A stretch of DNA of 58,716 nucleotides from Nitrospirae bacterium GWC2_57_13 (GTDB lineage Bacteria > Nitrospirota > UBA9217): contig MHDZ01000066.1 of the NCBI GenBank assembly GCA_001805055.1, forward strand, positions 4,904-63,619. Reading direction: 5' to 3'. The notes under the pieces were generated by a model. The model searched no databases and was not told where the DNA came from. It was given only the letters and a program-made list of their open reading frames with translations. This document shows, piece by piece, positions 10,192-20,561 of the stretch (position 1 is the stretch's first letter; each line of letters begins with the position of its first letter). Made by a program: the position numbers and the translations under genes.

Positions 10192-11214
10192 ATGACACAC
10201 GACGACATCCGACATAAGCTGTCTGAATATCTGGATGACTCCCTCTCTGCTGAAGAGAAGAGCAAGATCGAGGAGCATCTGGCATCATGCGCTGCCTGCG
10301 GCAACGCTCTGGAAGAGCTTCGCAAAGCCCTTGCCCATGTCCAAAGCCTCGATGAGGTCGAAAGCCCGCCCTGGCTCACGCAGAAGATCATGGCCCGCGT
10401 GCGCGAAGAAGCGGCGCAGAAGAAGAGTATTTTCCGGCGCATCTTTTATCCGCTCTCGATCAAGCTGCCTCTCCAGACCGTGGCTGTCCTGTTCCTCGTC
10501 GTGACGGCCTACTATGTCTATCGAAGCATGGACCCTGCGGCTCGATATCGCGAGGCGACAAGAGAATTCGCACAACAGGAGGCGCTCCCCGCTCCCCGAA
10601 AAGAGCCTGAGATGCGGGCCGACAAGCCCGCAGACCGCTCCGGCCGCCTTCCCCAGTCTCCGGAGTATAAATCTCTGGACATGAAGTACTCCTATGAGCC
10701 GCCGCCTCCGGTCCCGGCAGAGCAAGCGCCTGCTGCGGCAGCGCCCGAGCGTGAAAAGTTGGAAGCCAGGCCTGAGATCAGGACAGAGGGTTTTGCCGCT
10801 GCCAAAGCGCCTTCAGCTCTATCGGAAAGAGCGGCTCCCGAGCCGACGGCGGAAAAACTGCAGAAAAGAAAAGCCTTCACCGGACTTATGGATGCTGATG
10901 CAGTGCGGGAGAGAGCTGCTGAGGCGCCTGCGGGAATACGTGCGATCGGCGATGTGCACACACCTGTGATCACCTACACGCTGCACGCGAGCAATATCGA
11001 TAGTGCGGCCAAAGACGTCGAAAAGATCATTGAACGCCTCGGCGGAAAGGTTGCGCGACGCGATGCTCATTCCATCGACGCGACAGTTGATGCCGGCAAG
11101 CGCGAGGAACTGGTTCGGCAATTATCACGGCTCGGCAGGATGGAAACGAAAAGCGAACAGGACAGCCCGGAACAGAAGATCATCACTGTCAGGATCCAGA
11201 TCAAGGGCGAATAG
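10192..11214 (+). CDS. zinc-binding anti-sigma factor (zf-HC2) with TM segment
   Basis: HLASCAAC ZAS motif, one TM helix, periplasmic C-terminus; follows ECF sigma gene. Confidence 0.85.
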   Translation: MTHDDIRHKLSEYLDDSLSAEEKSKIEEHLASCAACGNALEELRKALAHVQSLDEVESPPWLTQKIMARVREEAAQKKSIFRRIFYPLSIKLPLQTVAVLFLVVTAYYVYRSMDPAARYREATREFAQQEALPAPRKEPEMRADKPADRSGRLPQSPEYKSLDMKYSYEPPPPVPAEQAPAAAAPEREKLEARPEIRTEGFAAAKAPSALSERAAPEPTAEKLQKRKAFTGLMDADAVRERAAEAPAGIRAIGDVHTPVITYTLHASNIDSAAKDVEKIIERLGGKVARRDAHSIDATVDAGKREELVRQLSRLGRMETKSEQDSPEQKIITVRIQIKGE

Positions 11215-11367
11215 ATCCCGAACGGTGAGCGTGAGGCCTGCTATTTCTTCCCCCTCGCTTCGCGTTGTTTGTGATACAGCCGCTCCTCCAATAACCTGCC
11301 AATAATATTAACTTCTCGACAGCGCAACACCCCTGCATCCCCATAGCGTCCTCTATCGATCTTCCCG

Positions 11368-11396
11368 GGAACTTTTCCGGAACCTCCTTTGTCTAA
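11368..11396 (+). promoter_or_regulatory. ECF sigma-type promoter for DUF4139/VIT operon
   Basis: GGAACTT-N16-GTCTAA matches the RpoE/AlgU-type consensus. Confidence 0.7.
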
Positions 11397-11464
11397 AGAC
11401 CCAGAAAGCGGGTGTAGGCATCACCTGCGAGACCGGGTCAAGCCTCGACAACAGGAGGTTCAAT

Positions 11465-12916
11465 ATGCGCATCAGATACTTCTTTCAGGTCCTTGCAGTT
11501 CTGCTTCTTCTTTGCACCACGTGGATCGCAAATGCTGCTCAGCCCGGCAGCAAGACGCCTGCAGCGGCAAGCACGATCGAAGACCAGCAGTCCGTGGCCC
11601 TTACCATTTACAATGTCAACCTGGGACTCGTGAAGGACCGCCGCGTGATCCGGCTTTCCAAAGGGGCATCGGAGCTCCGCTTCATGGACGTGGCGTCACA
11701 GATCATCCCCACGAGCGTCCACATCAAGTCCCTGATCGATCCGAACAGCCTCTCGGTACTCGAGCAGAACTACGAGTACGACCTCCTGAACCCTCAGAAG
11801 CTCCTGGACAAGTACGTGGGCCGTGAGGTGAAGCTCAATACAAAGAACATCTACACAGGCAAGGAGGAGCTGGTTACGGCCACCCTCCTGTCGAACAACG
11901 GCGGCCCCATCTTCCGGATCGGCGACGAGATCACCTTCGGCCACCCGGGCCGCATCATCTTCCCCGGCGTGCCGGACAATCTCATTTCCCAACCGACCCT
12001 TGTCTGGACGCTGGACAACAGCCTCGCGACTGCACAGACCGTCGAAACATCCTACCTCACGAACGGCATCACCTGGCAATCGGATTATGTCGTCACGCTG
12101 AACGACAAGGACGATCGCGCGGACCTCGCAGGCTGGGTCACCATCGACAACAAGAGCGGGGCCTCCTACCGGAACGCCAAACTAAAGCTCGTGGCAGGCG
12201 ACGTGAACCGGGTGAAAGACAAAGAGGAATACCGGAGAGAGCTGATGAAATATGCGGTCACGGAAGCAAGGGCCGACGCGCCGCAGTTCAAGGAGGAATC
12301 CTTCTTCGAATACCACATCTATACCCTCCAGCGCCCGGCTACGGTGAAGGAGAACCAGACAAAGCAGATCAGCCTGGTCCAGGCCGAGAACATCCCGGTC
12401 AAAAAGGAACTCCTGTTCCGCGGCGCAGCAGACTACTATTACGGCCAGTACGGTGTGATCGCAACGAACCAGAAGATCGGCGTTTACGTCGAGATCGACA
12501 ACAGGAAGGAGAACAACCTGGGCATGCCGCTTCCAAAAGGCACGGTCAGGGTCTACAAGCATGACAGCGAAGGAAGCCTGCAGTTCGTGGGCGAAGACTC
12601 CATCGACCACACACCTGAGAAGGAAAAGATCAGGGTAAAGCTCGGCGAGGCCTTTGACGTGGTAGGCAGCCGGAAAATGACGGACTGGAAGAAGCTCATA
12701 TTGAACCGCTACGAGGCTGCTTACGAAATATCGCTCCGCAACCACAAAAAGGAGGCGGTGATCGTCAAGGTCGTGGAGCCCATTCCCGGCGACTGGACCA
12801 TGCTCGAATCATCACACCCTTATGCGAAGACCGAAGCGTTCACCGCCGAGTTCTCGATCCCTGTGCCGAAAGACGGTGAGGTGAAGCTCACCTACCGAGT
12901 ACGGATGAAATACTAA
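11465..12916 (+). CDS. exported DUF4139-domain protein
   Basis: Signal peptide; LTIYNVNLGLVKD, LEQNYEYDLL, LPKGTVRVY family motifs; AGGAGG RBS. Confidence 0.8.
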   Translation: MRIRYFFQVLAVLLLLCTTWIANAAQPGSKTPAAASTIEDQQSVALTIYNVNLGLVKDRRVIRLSKGASELRFMDVASQIIPTSVHIKSLIDPNSLSVLEQNYEYDLLNPQKLLDKYVGREVKLNTKNIYTGKEELVTATLLSNNGGPIFRIGDEITFGHPGRIIFPGVPDNLISQPTLVWTLDNSLATAQTVETSYLTNGITWQSDYVVTLNDKDDRADLAGWVTIDNKSGASYRNAKLKLVAGDVNRVKDKEEYRRELMKYAVTEARADAPQFKEESFFEYHIYTLQRPATVKENQTKQISLVQAENIPVKKELLFRGAADYYYGQYGVIATNQKIGVYVEIDNRKENNLGMPLPKGTVRVYKHDSEGSLQFVGEDSIDHTPEKEKIRVKLGEAFDVVGSRKMTDWKKLILNRYEAAYEISLRNHKKEAVIVKVVEPIPGDWTMLESSHPYAKTEAFTAEFSIPVPKDGEVKLTYRVRMKY

Positions 12917-12947
12917 ACGGATCTGTCAATCAATCAGGAGGTACGTT

Positions 12948-15263
12948 ATGAAAAGGTCACTACGAATTCTCATGGCAACTGTACTTGCAGCAGCGGCATG
13001 GACCGGCACTCTTGCCGGCGCCGGGCAGGAGGGACCCGAAGACCGGACCCTCTCCCCCTACTTCTTCGTGAAAAGCGACGACCCGGAAGTGGACCGGCTG
13101 CCGCTCAGGTCCACCTCGGCGACAGTGAACATCGCCGGTGTGATCGCCGACGTGACAGTGACGCAGGTCTACAAGAACGAGGGGCAGCGGCCTCTTGAGG
13201 CCATCTATGTATTCCCCGCCTCGACGCGCGCAGCGGTCTATGGCATGAAGATGACCATCGGCGAGCGGATCATCATCGCGAAGATCAGGAAGAAGGACGA
13301 GGCCCGTCAGGAGTACGAAGAGGCAAAGCAGCAGGGCAAGAGCGCCTCGCTCCTTGAACAGCACCGGCCGAACGTGTTCCAGATGAACGTGGCGAACATC
13401 ATGCCCGGCGACGAAATCCGGGTCGAGCTCAGATACACGGAGCTTCTTGTCCCGGAAAACGGAGAATACGAGTTCGTCTATCCCACGGTGGTGGGGCCGC
13501 GCTACTCGAACCAGCCAGCGGAGAGCGCGCCCGCATCGGAACAGTGGGTGCAGAACCCCTACTTGCGCCAGGGCGAAGCGCCGACCTACGGCTTCGACAT
13601 GACGGTGAACATTGCGGCAGGGCTCCCGATCCAGCAGCTCATTTCCCCGTCCCACAAGGTCGATGTGCGCTACACCGGTCCGAACAGCGCGTCCGTCGTG
13701 CTCGACCCGACCGAACAGAAAGGCGGAAACCGCGACTACATCCTGAAGTACCGGCTCGCGGGCAAGGCGATCGAAACGGGCCTGCTGCTCTTCGAAGGCG
13801 GGAAAGAGAATTTCTTTCTCCTGATGCTCCAGCCGCCAAAACGCGTGCGTCCCGAGATGATCCCCGGCCGCGAGTACATCTTCATCGTGGATATCTCAGG
13901 CTCCATGCACGGCTTCCCCATTGAAATATCCAAGAAACTGCTGAAGGACCTTATCGGCAAACTCCGGCCCACGGACCGCTTTAATGTGCTGCTCTTTGCC
14001 GGCAGCTCCTCCATCCTGTCCGAGCGCTCGCTTCCTGCCACGCCGCAGAACATCGCGCGGGCGATCCAGGTCATCGAACAGCAGCGAGGCGGAGGCGGCA
14101 CAGAGCTGCTGCCCGCGCTCAAGCGGGCGCTGGCCCTCCCCCGGGCTGAGGGATTTTCCCGGAGCGTGGTGATCGCCACGGACGGGTACGTGACCGTAGA
14201 GGAAGAGGCCTTTGACCTCATCCGCACGAATCTGGGAGACGCGAACTTCTTCACCTTCGGCATCGGCAGCAGCGTGAACCGCCTTCTCCTCGAAGGCATG
14301 GCCCGCGTAGGCATGGGTGAGCCCTTTGTGATCACGAAGCAGGAAGAAGCAGCGGCAAAGGCCGAGGCCTTCCGCACGCTGATCCAGTCGCCGGTGCTGA
14401 CCGGGATCAGGACCGAGTTCAACGGCTTCGATGTATATGACGTGGAGCCGGCTTCGGTCCCCGATGTGCTGGCTGACCGGCCTGTGATCGTCTTCGGCAA
14501 GTGGCGGGGCAAGCCCCGCGGCATGATCACCGTGAGCGGCCTCTCGGGCGATGGAACGCACCGCGAAAAGATCGACGTGGCATCTGCAACGCCGTCTACT
14601 ACCAACGGGGCACTGCGCTATCTCTGGGCGCGCCACCGCATCAGCCTTCTGTCGGACTACAATTCCCTGCGCTCCGATGAGGGCCGCATCCGCGAGGTGA
14701 CCGAACTCGGCCTCACGTACAACCTGCTCACTGCCTTCACCTCCTTTCTTGCCGTGGACAACGAAGTCCGGAACAAGGAGGGCAATGCAACGACGGTGAC
14801 GCAGCCGCTGCCGCTGCCTGAGGGTGTCTCGGATTATGCCGTGGCCGGCAGGATGCAGCGCTATGCCGCGTCGCCTGTTCCCGCGTCAGAGCCGAAGACC
14901 CTGGCACAGAACGACGAGGCATGTAAGCCCGAGGAAAAGCCGGATTCGCGGAAGAACGAAAAAACCGGAATGCGCATCGACGACATCCGGGTCACCGGCG
15001 CGCTTTCTACCGAGGCCGTACGGATGGTCGTGGAGCAGCAACTGGGAGAACTCGTGATATGTGCCGCGGGCGGTCTTCATCAGGGCAGGTTCGTCGTCAG
15101 GCTGGTCATCGACGAACAAGGCAGGGTGAAAAGCATAACTCCGGTCTCGGTGACCCCCTCGACCGGGAATACCGGGCAGTGTATCATAAAGGCCGCGAAG
15201 AGGTGGCGCTTCCCCGCGCAGACCAGCGGATCAACCATAACGTTGACCATCCGCATCGATTGA
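12948..15263 (+). CDS. exported VIT + von Willebrand A domain protein with C-terminal TonB/AgmX-like domain
   Basis: Signal peptide; LEAIYVFP (VIT); DISGSM MIDAS; GGTELLPAL; TDG; C-terminal IDEQGRV...WRFP. Confidence 0.85.
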   Translation: MKRSLRILMATVLAAAAWTGTLAGAGQEGPEDRTLSPYFFVKSDDPEVDRLPLRSTSATVNIAGVIADVTVTQVYKNEGQRPLEAIYVFPASTRAAVYGMKMTIGERIIIAKIRKKDEARQEYEEAKQQGKSASLLEQHRPNVFQMNVANIMPGDEIRVELRYTELLVPENGEYEFVYPTVVGPRYSNQPAESAPASEQWVQNPYLRQGEAPTYGFDMTVNIAAGLPIQQLISPSHKVDVRYTGPNSASVVLDPTEQKGGNRDYILKYRLAGKAIETGLLLFEGGKENFFLLMLQPPKRVRPEMIPGREYIFIVDISGSMHGFPIEISKKLLKDLIGKLRPTDRFNVLLFAGSSSILSERSLPATPQNIARAIQVIEQQRGGGGTELLPALKRALALPRAEGFSRSVVIATDGYVTVEEEAFDLIRTNLGDANFFTFGIGSSVNRLLLEGMARVGMGEPFVITKQEEAAAKAEAFRTLIQSPVLTGIRTEFNGFDVYDVEPASVPDVLADRPVIVFGKWRGKPRGMITVSGLSGDGTHREKIDVASATPSTTNGALRYLWARHRISLLSDYNSLRSDEGRIREVTELGLTYNLLTAFTSFLAVDNEVRNKEGNATTVTQPLPLPEGVSDYAVAGRMQRYAASPVPASEPKTLAQNDEACKPEEKPDSRKNEKTGMRIDDIRVTGALSTEAVRMVVEQQLGELVICAAGGLHQGRFVVRLVIDEQGRVKSITPVSVTPSTGNTGQCIIKAAKRWRFPAQTSGSTITLTIRID

Positions 15264-15285
15264 TCCGGAAGTATCCAAAAACCTC

Positions 15286-15318
15286 GACGCCCCTGCTCAT
15301 CAGGGGCGTTTTTTTATT
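15286..15318 (+). terminator. rho-independent terminator
   Basis: acgcccctg-ctcat-caggggcgt stem followed by T-run. Confidence 0.8.
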
Positions 15319-15345
15319 TCATCGCGCCGGCTGGCGAAAAATAGC

Positions 15346-15373
15346 TTGACCAGACCGCTGTTTCGGCTACAAT
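15346..15373 (+). promoter_or_regulatory. sigma70-type promoter
   Basis: TTGACC-N16-TACAAT upstream of ATG 15439. Confidence 0.5.
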
Positions 15374-15438
15374 GGCAAATAGGTCAGTTGCGTTCATTAC
15401 ATCATTGCCAGACAACCTTTTCAGGTGAGAACCCATTC

Positions 15439-16512
15439 ATGTACGACGTAATCATTATCGGCGCGGGACCCGCGGGCTCAACGCTGGCGCGGCTGATAGG
15501 AAAGCGCTACCGCGTTCTGCTCGTGGACAAAGGCATGGTACTTCCGAAGAACGGAAAGGCGCCGGCGGCAAAGTGCTGCGGCGGCCTGCTCGCCCCCGAC
15601 GCCCAGCGCATGCTTGCGAGAATGGAATTGGGGCTTCCGCGCGACATACTCAGCGGCCCGCAGCTCTTCGCGGTCCGGACCATTGACCTGCTGAACCGCA
15701 TCGAGCGGTATTACCAGCGCTCCTATCTGAACATCGACCGCGGCAAGTTCGACCAATGGCTCGCCTCGCTGCTTCCACCTGATGTGGAACTGAGGCAAAC
15801 CTGCTTCTTCCGGGGCTTTGCAGAGGACGAACAAGGGCTCCGCGTCCACCTCTCCCAGGACGGCAGCATACATGAAGAATATACCTCCCTCCTGATCGGC
15901 GCCGACGGCGCATTTTCTCTTGTTCGTAAACAGGCCTTCCCCCAGATGCCTGCTCCCCGGCAGTACATCGCGATCCAGGAGTGGTTCAAATCAGAACGGC
16001 CCCTCCCCTACTTCACGGCCATCTTCGATCCCGAAGTCACGGATTTCTACTCCTGGCTCATCCCCAAGGACGACAAGATGATCGTCGGCTCGGCGCTCAG
16101 GACGGGCGAAACCGCGACAGCGAACTTCGAACTGCTCAAGTCAAAGCTCAGGGAATACGGTTTCGACCTGACCCACTCCATCGAAAAGAGCGGCGCGATG
16201 CTGATGCGACCGGTCAAGATGTCCCAGGTCCTGACAGGACAGGGAAGGGTCGCGCTCATCGGCGAGGCGGGAGGATGGATCAGCCCCAGCTCCGCCGAGG
16301 GGATCAGCTACGGTTTCCGGAGCGCCCTGGCCCTTGCCGACGCGCTGATGTCAGGCCTGGAGGGCTTCCAGAAACGGTATCTCCGCAGGACGCGCCGCCT
16401 GCGCTCGAACATCCGACTCAAGAACCTCAAGGCGCCCTTCATGTATAATAGAATTCTGCGCCGTATCGTGATGACCTCGGGTATCCACAGCATCGATGTC
16501 AGTTCGCCGTGA
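15439..16512 (+). CDS. FAD-dependent oxidoreductase (CbrA/geranylgeranyl reductase-like)
   Basis: MYDVIIIGAGPAG, KCCGGLL, LIGADGA, GEAGGWISPSSAEGIS. Confidence 0.8.
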   Translation: MYDVIIIGAGPAGSTLARLIGKRYRVLLVDKGMVLPKNGKAPAAKCCGGLLAPDAQRMLARMELGLPRDILSGPQLFAVRTIDLLNRIERYYQRSYLNIDRGKFDQWLASLLPPDVELRQTCFFRGFAEDEQGLRVHLSQDGSIHEEYTSLLIGADGAFSLVRKQAFPQMPAPRQYIAIQEWFKSERPLPYFTAIFDPEVTDFYSWLIPKDDKMIVGSALRTGETATANFELLKSKLREYGFDLTHSIEKSGAMLMRPVKMSQVLTGQGRVALIGEAGGWISPSSAEGISYGFRSALALADALMSGLEGFQKRYLRRTRRLRSNIRLKNLKAPFMYNRILRRIVMTSGIHSIDVSSP

Positions 16513-16731
16513 GCTGGAGACGGGCATTTGACGCAGTCGAAAAAAACCAGGTTTAACCACTGAATCACAGGACACGGAGGAAACCCGTTCATTCTTATAA
16601 TCGTGTTCTCCGTGGCTCCGTAGTAGATTTTCTCTTAAATATATACCAGTTGCCTATTGCGCCCTGACCGCACTAGAAAAGGGGACATGCGGTTCGCATG
16701 TCCCCTTTCGATCTTCCCTATCGCCGGCCTA

Positions 16732-17193
16732 TCAGCGCTTCTTCAGCCCCCACTGCTTCAGGATGAACCAGCCCGCCAGCCCTGCAATGTTCCCGATGAC
16801 CAGCATGTGAACCATGTACTTTGCATAGACGAAGAGAAGGTTCACGAACAGGCCTGTGGCGACCGCGTTGATGAATGCTCCCGCGCCTTCCCGGGCCAGG
16901 GCCTGCAGCCCGACGAACAGACTGTACAGGACCGCCGCCAACGTAAAGATCATGTACTCCCCGAGCATGCCGGCCAGGGAATCGAACACGATGACCCGCT
17001 GCATCCCCTCGCGTTTCTGCACATAGCTGGAGAGGAAGAAGAAGTACACGATGAAAGCGGACACCAGGACCAGGGGCGCGGCAATAAGATAAAAGAGCGG
17101 CGGGTTGTCGTCACCCGAGCTTCGCGCGCCAAAAAAAAACGACACTATCACTGCATGGAACAACACACCATAAAGACCGACTTTTAGTTTCAC
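16732..17193 (-). CDS. hypothetical integral membrane protein (about 4 TM)
   Basis: Four hydrophobic segments; AAGGAG RBS before GTG start. Confidence 0.75.
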   Translation of the reverse strand: MKLKVGLYGVLFHAVIVSFFFGARSSGDDNPPLFYLIAAPLVLVSAFIVYFFFLSSYVQKREGMQRVIVFDSLAGMLGEYMIFTLAAVLYSLFVGLQALAREGAGAFINAVATGLFVNLLFVYAKYMVHMLVIGNIAGLAGWFILKQWGLKKR

Positions 17194-17211
17194 CCTGTCT
17201 CCTTATTCGAA

Positions 17212-17319
17212 CCCCGCGGCAGCAATCCCGCTCCCGCGGGGTTGCTGCGGGATGTCGCGTTATTGTAGTCCCGACCTGTCCCCGCAAGCGGGACAGGCGG
17301 GATGCCGGGGGGCTCCACC
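17212..17319 (-). repeat. dispersed structured intergenic element, copy 1 of 3
   Basis: Reverse complement reads GGTGGAGCCCC...ACAATAACGCGACATCCCGCAGCAACCCCGCGGGAGCGGGATTGCTGCCGCGGGG; matches 36329-36417 and 43958-44061. Confidence 0.85.
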
Positions 17320-17439
17320 GACTGCACGGGAATGGGGGGAAGTGTACCCTAGTCCTGCTGCTCCTGTCAATCTGCATGCCTGCATGCATGTGCCCGCGAA
17401 GATCAGGGTCCATCTGCGTCCTGATACCCGTTCCCGCTC

Positions 17440-18132
17440 TTAGGAGGCGAATCGCCGGGGCAGGGAAGCTCGGGCAGCCTCCAGACATTGCATCGTCCGG
17501 GAACCTGACAGCTCCCCTGAGGCGTTCCTCTTCATGAACTCCCTGACGTCTTCGAAGGTGTCCACATCAGGCCATTTCGGGAGTCCATGAACGCGCAGCT
17601 CGGCGTTCTCGAGCAGGGCCATCGTTTCCGGGTAGACGCGCGGCGAACTCCAGGGAATGCCGTAGAAGGCGACAGGAAGGAAGGTGTCCTGGTGGAAGCC
17701 GATGAGATAGTAGCCGCCGTCAACGGAAGGACCGATAACGGCGTCGCTGAAAGCAAGTGATTTCACGGCCTGGTTGATGATGCGAAGCGGCAGGTCCGGG
17801 ATGTCGCTCCCGATGATCACCGCCCGCTCGAAGCCGTCATCAAAGGCCTGGCGGAATGCCCCTTCCATCCTTGCGCCCAGGTCCCCCTCGGGCTGCGGCG
17901 CATCCTCCCATCCGTCGCCGAGCCATGCCTTTACCTTATCGCCGGCATCAGCGGGAGCATAACAGATCCGGAGGGGAAGTCCTGTCTTCCGGACCGTCGC
18001 AAGGATGTCCGCTGCAAAGGCTCGGTACAGGTCCAGCGTCACGTCATCGCCAAGGTCCTTGCTCAGGCGCGTCTTGACCTTCCCCTTCTCGGGATATTTT
18101 ATAAATAGAATTATGCAGGTTTCTGTGGTCAT
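17440..18132 (-). CDS. arsenosugar-biosynthesis-associated glycosyltransferase (TIGR04282/DUF2064-like)
   Basis: KYPEKGKVKTRL, QPEGDLGARM, IIGSDIP, IGPSVDGGYYLIG, DVDTFED; adjacent to ArsS-like gene. Confidence 0.85.
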   Translation of the reverse strand: MTTETCIILFIKYPEKGKVKTRLSKDLGDDVTLDLYRAFAADILATVRKTGLPLRICYAPADAGDKVKAWLGDGWEDAPQPEGDLGARMEGAFRQAFDDGFERAVIIGSDIPDLPLRIINQAVKSLAFSDAVIGPSVDGGYYLIGFHQDTFLPVAFYGIPWSSPRVYPETMALLENAELRVHGLPKWPDVDTFEDVREFMKRNASGELSGSRTMQCLEAARASLPRRFAS

Positions 18133-18346
18133 GGCTGTTCTGATCCTGATGTGACATACTTCAAAAGCAAAGGCATCTCTCGCAAAGCTCGCAAAGGAAA
18201 CCATTACGTCCAGGATTGAAAGTCAAAAGGCCAGGCCTTTCTTGGCGCTCTTTGCGCCTTGGCGAGAAAACATCTTGCCTTTTGCTTGCCTGTTGACTGA
18301 CACACAGACACCGAAAATCTTCTCTCGATATTACAGGAGTGTGCGC

Positions 18347-20365
18347 CTAACAGCACGACGGCCCGCTGCGTCCCTTATCCTGCTCCTGCTTCATCAGCTC
18401 CGCCGCGGTCGTACTGCAGCCCTGGAACAGGCCGAAGTGCTCATCGAAGCTACCCGTGATCTCGAAAAAGCTTCCGAAGCGCGTGCGCGAAAGCATGAAC
18501 GCCGTGTTGCCGCAGACGCGCTCGGGCCGGTTCCGTTCGAACACATGCCCGTCGTCCAGAATGAACCGGAAGGGCGATTCAGGCACGCCTCCTTTATATA
18601 CTGCAACATGCCCATAGTCCTCGCAGGCGTCCTCAAGGCCTTCTATCTTCCAGAGACGGTACGTGACGGAATAGAACGTGATATTCCCGACAAGGGCCTT
18701 GACCGCTTCGTCGGTGATCTCGATAGCGCGCTTCGAGACGATCCGCGGGTCCGTGAACCCGGCTCGCCGCGCCATGCGCTCAAAGTCCTTCCAGTACAGC
18801 GCGCCGCCGAGGCACTCGCCGTAGAGCACGCGGTTCGTCCGGAGTGGTTCAGGCAGCCGCCGGTCGGCATAGACGTCGGAAAAATAGAACTCTCCGCCGT
18901 CCTTCAGAACGTCAAAGATCGAACGCAGCACGCGCTCCTTGTCCTCCACCAGGTTGATCACACAGTTGGAAGTGACGAGATCCACCGATCGGGCAGGGAC
19001 ATGCTGTCCCACGTTCTCCATCGCGTCGTGGATGAACGAGGTGTTCGGACGTGAGAACCCGAACCGTTCAGCCTGCTCTGCCTCGTATCTCTTCGCCACA
19101 TCGATCTGCGCCTTTGTCATGTCGATGCCGTGGACGAATCCCTGCTCGCCGGCCAGATAGGCCATCACATAGCTGTCGCGGCCCGTGCCGCAGCCCATGT
19201 CAAGGATGGTGAGCCCCCGGATATGGTCCGGGACCACATTGCCGCAGCCATAGTACTTCATCTTGATCTCGTCATGGACAAACGGCATGACCTGACGGAT
19301 ATGGGCCGGCATGGCATCGAGAGTGCAGCAGGCGCTTGTCTTGAGGTCTGCTGACTGCATGAGCTCCTCACCGTAGTACTGCTGGACTGTTTCCTTCACA
19401 TCAAAATCTGATGGGGCCTCGCCTGCATCGCTTTTGACCAGGGCGCCGTGGCAGCTGCTGCCGCTCCCGACGGTGCAGGCATAGCAATACTCCGCGCAGG
19501 CGATCTCGGGATGGAATTGATCGAGATCTATCTCCCAGAACCGGCGTTCCTCATATCCCGGGATGCGCCGCTGCGCTGCGAGGTTGAAATCGCAATCGTA
19601 CAGGCAACCCTGATAATCCACAGAAACAAGATTCCGGCACATGACGCGGTCAAGGGTCGCGGGATTGTGGTGCCTCTTCAGGAGCTCAAGATAGCGGTCA
19701 TAGGCCCCCTCCTGTTCGAGACGATCCTTGTACCGGGCCAGGGGGGCATTCACCATGGTGAAGAGGCGGTTAAACCATACACCGTGCCGGTCCTTCAGGA
19801 GGGAACGATACTCTGACTCTACCTCAGCTTCCGGCGGCGGGAGAAAATCACCGGAGGGATTATACACCAGATCGAGCGAGAGGCTGTCGGCCCCGTAACC
19901 TGCTGCATTGAGCTGCTTCAGCGCTGCGATGCTCCGCTCAAACACGCCTGCGCCGCGCTGCCGGTCCGTCGTTTCCTTGAAGACCGCGGGCAGCGACGCG
20001 ATAAGCCTCACGCCATGCTTCCGGTAGAGTTCGATATAACGCGCATGCTCGGGCATGGTCAGCACGGTGAGATTGGTGCGCACGGTCACGCGCCTGGCTG
20101 CCGTCGAGAGCTGCTCGATAAACAGCGCGAGGCTGGGGTTCATCTCAGGAGCGCCGCCGGTGAACTCGATGCTCATGATGTCCGAACCGAGCAGTTTCGC
20201 CAGCACCTTTTCGGCTGTGGCGCTGTCCATGTTCCGGTCGCCTGCAGGCGAACCCTCCACGTGGCAGTGGGTGCAGGACTGGTTGCACCGGTTGCCAAGG
20301 TTCACCTGCACGGTCTCGATCTGTCCTTTTGCAATTTTCCAATCGCTGAACACTGCCGATCCCAT
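18347..20365 (-). CDS. arsS: fused arsenosugar radical SAM enzyme (ArsS-like) and arsenite S-adenosylmethyltransferase (ArsM-like)
   Basis: N-half: VQVNLGNRCNQSCTHCH, LVYNPSG, CRNLVSVDYQGCLYDCDFN, CYACTVGSGSSC. C-half: DLKTSACC, YYGCG, LDMGCGTGRD, SNCVINL, GECLGGALYW, CEDYG, C-terminal CC. Confidence 0.85.
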   Translation of the reverse strand: MGSAVFSDWKIAKGQIETVQVNLGNRCNQSCTHCHVEGSPAGDRNMDSATAEKVLAKLLGSDIMSIEFTGGAPEMNPSLALFIEQLSTAARRVTVRTNLTVLTMPEHARYIELYRKHGVRLIASLPAVFKETTDRQRGAGVFERSIAALKQLNAAGYGADSLSLDLVYNPSGDFLPPPEAEVESEYRSLLKDRHGVWFNRLFTMVNAPLARYKDRLEQEGAYDRYLELLKRHHNPATLDRVMCRNLVSVDYQGCLYDCDFNLAAQRRIPGYEERRFWEIDLDQFHPEIACAEYCYACTVGSGSSCHGALVKSDAGEAPSDFDVKETVQQYYGEELMQSADLKTSACCTLDAMPAHIRQVMPFVHDEIKMKYYGCGNVVPDHIRGLTILDMGCGTGRDSYVMAYLAGEQGFVHGIDMTKAQIDVAKRYEAEQAERFGFSRPNTSFIHDAMENVGQHVPARSVDLVTSNCVINLVEDKERVLRSIFDVLKDGGEFYFSDVYADRRLPEPLRTNRVLYGECLGGALYWKDFERMARRAGFTDPRIVSKRAIEITDEAVKALVGNITFYSVTYRLWKIEGLEDACEDYGHVAVYKGGVPESPFRFILDDGHVFERNRPERVCGNTAFMLSRTRFGSFFEITGSFDEHFGLFQGCSTTAAELMKQEQDKGRSGPSCC

Positions 20366-20432
20366 CAATGATCTCCTTACCCGCATAAAGCGAAATGAAA
20401 ATTTGAAAAGTACAAATTTACAAAAAAACAGC

Positions 20433-20483
20433 GTAGGGGCGGGCATGCCCGCCCTCGGAAGAGCGACCATGGTCGCCCCTACG
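20433..20483. repeat. REP-like palindrome GTAGGGGCG...CGCCCCTAC
   Basis: Inverted repeat; shares gcgaccatggtcgcccctacg with 41761-41784. Confidence 0.65.
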
Positions 20484-20561
20484 GCACGCCCAAATCCGGG
20501 TCAGCCGAAAAAGCAGAAAGAGAACAATATGCTCATTCCTTCGGGCTTTACAAATCCACTT

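Noticed and set aside
15346-15438. N-terminal extensions in the ORF track (also 18133-18204, 20366-20470, 24007-24096, 28263-28556, 29454-29621, 43759-44226)
   Set aside because: They overlap promoters, REP elements or neighbouring genes; downstream ATGs fit family N-termini or signal peptides better.
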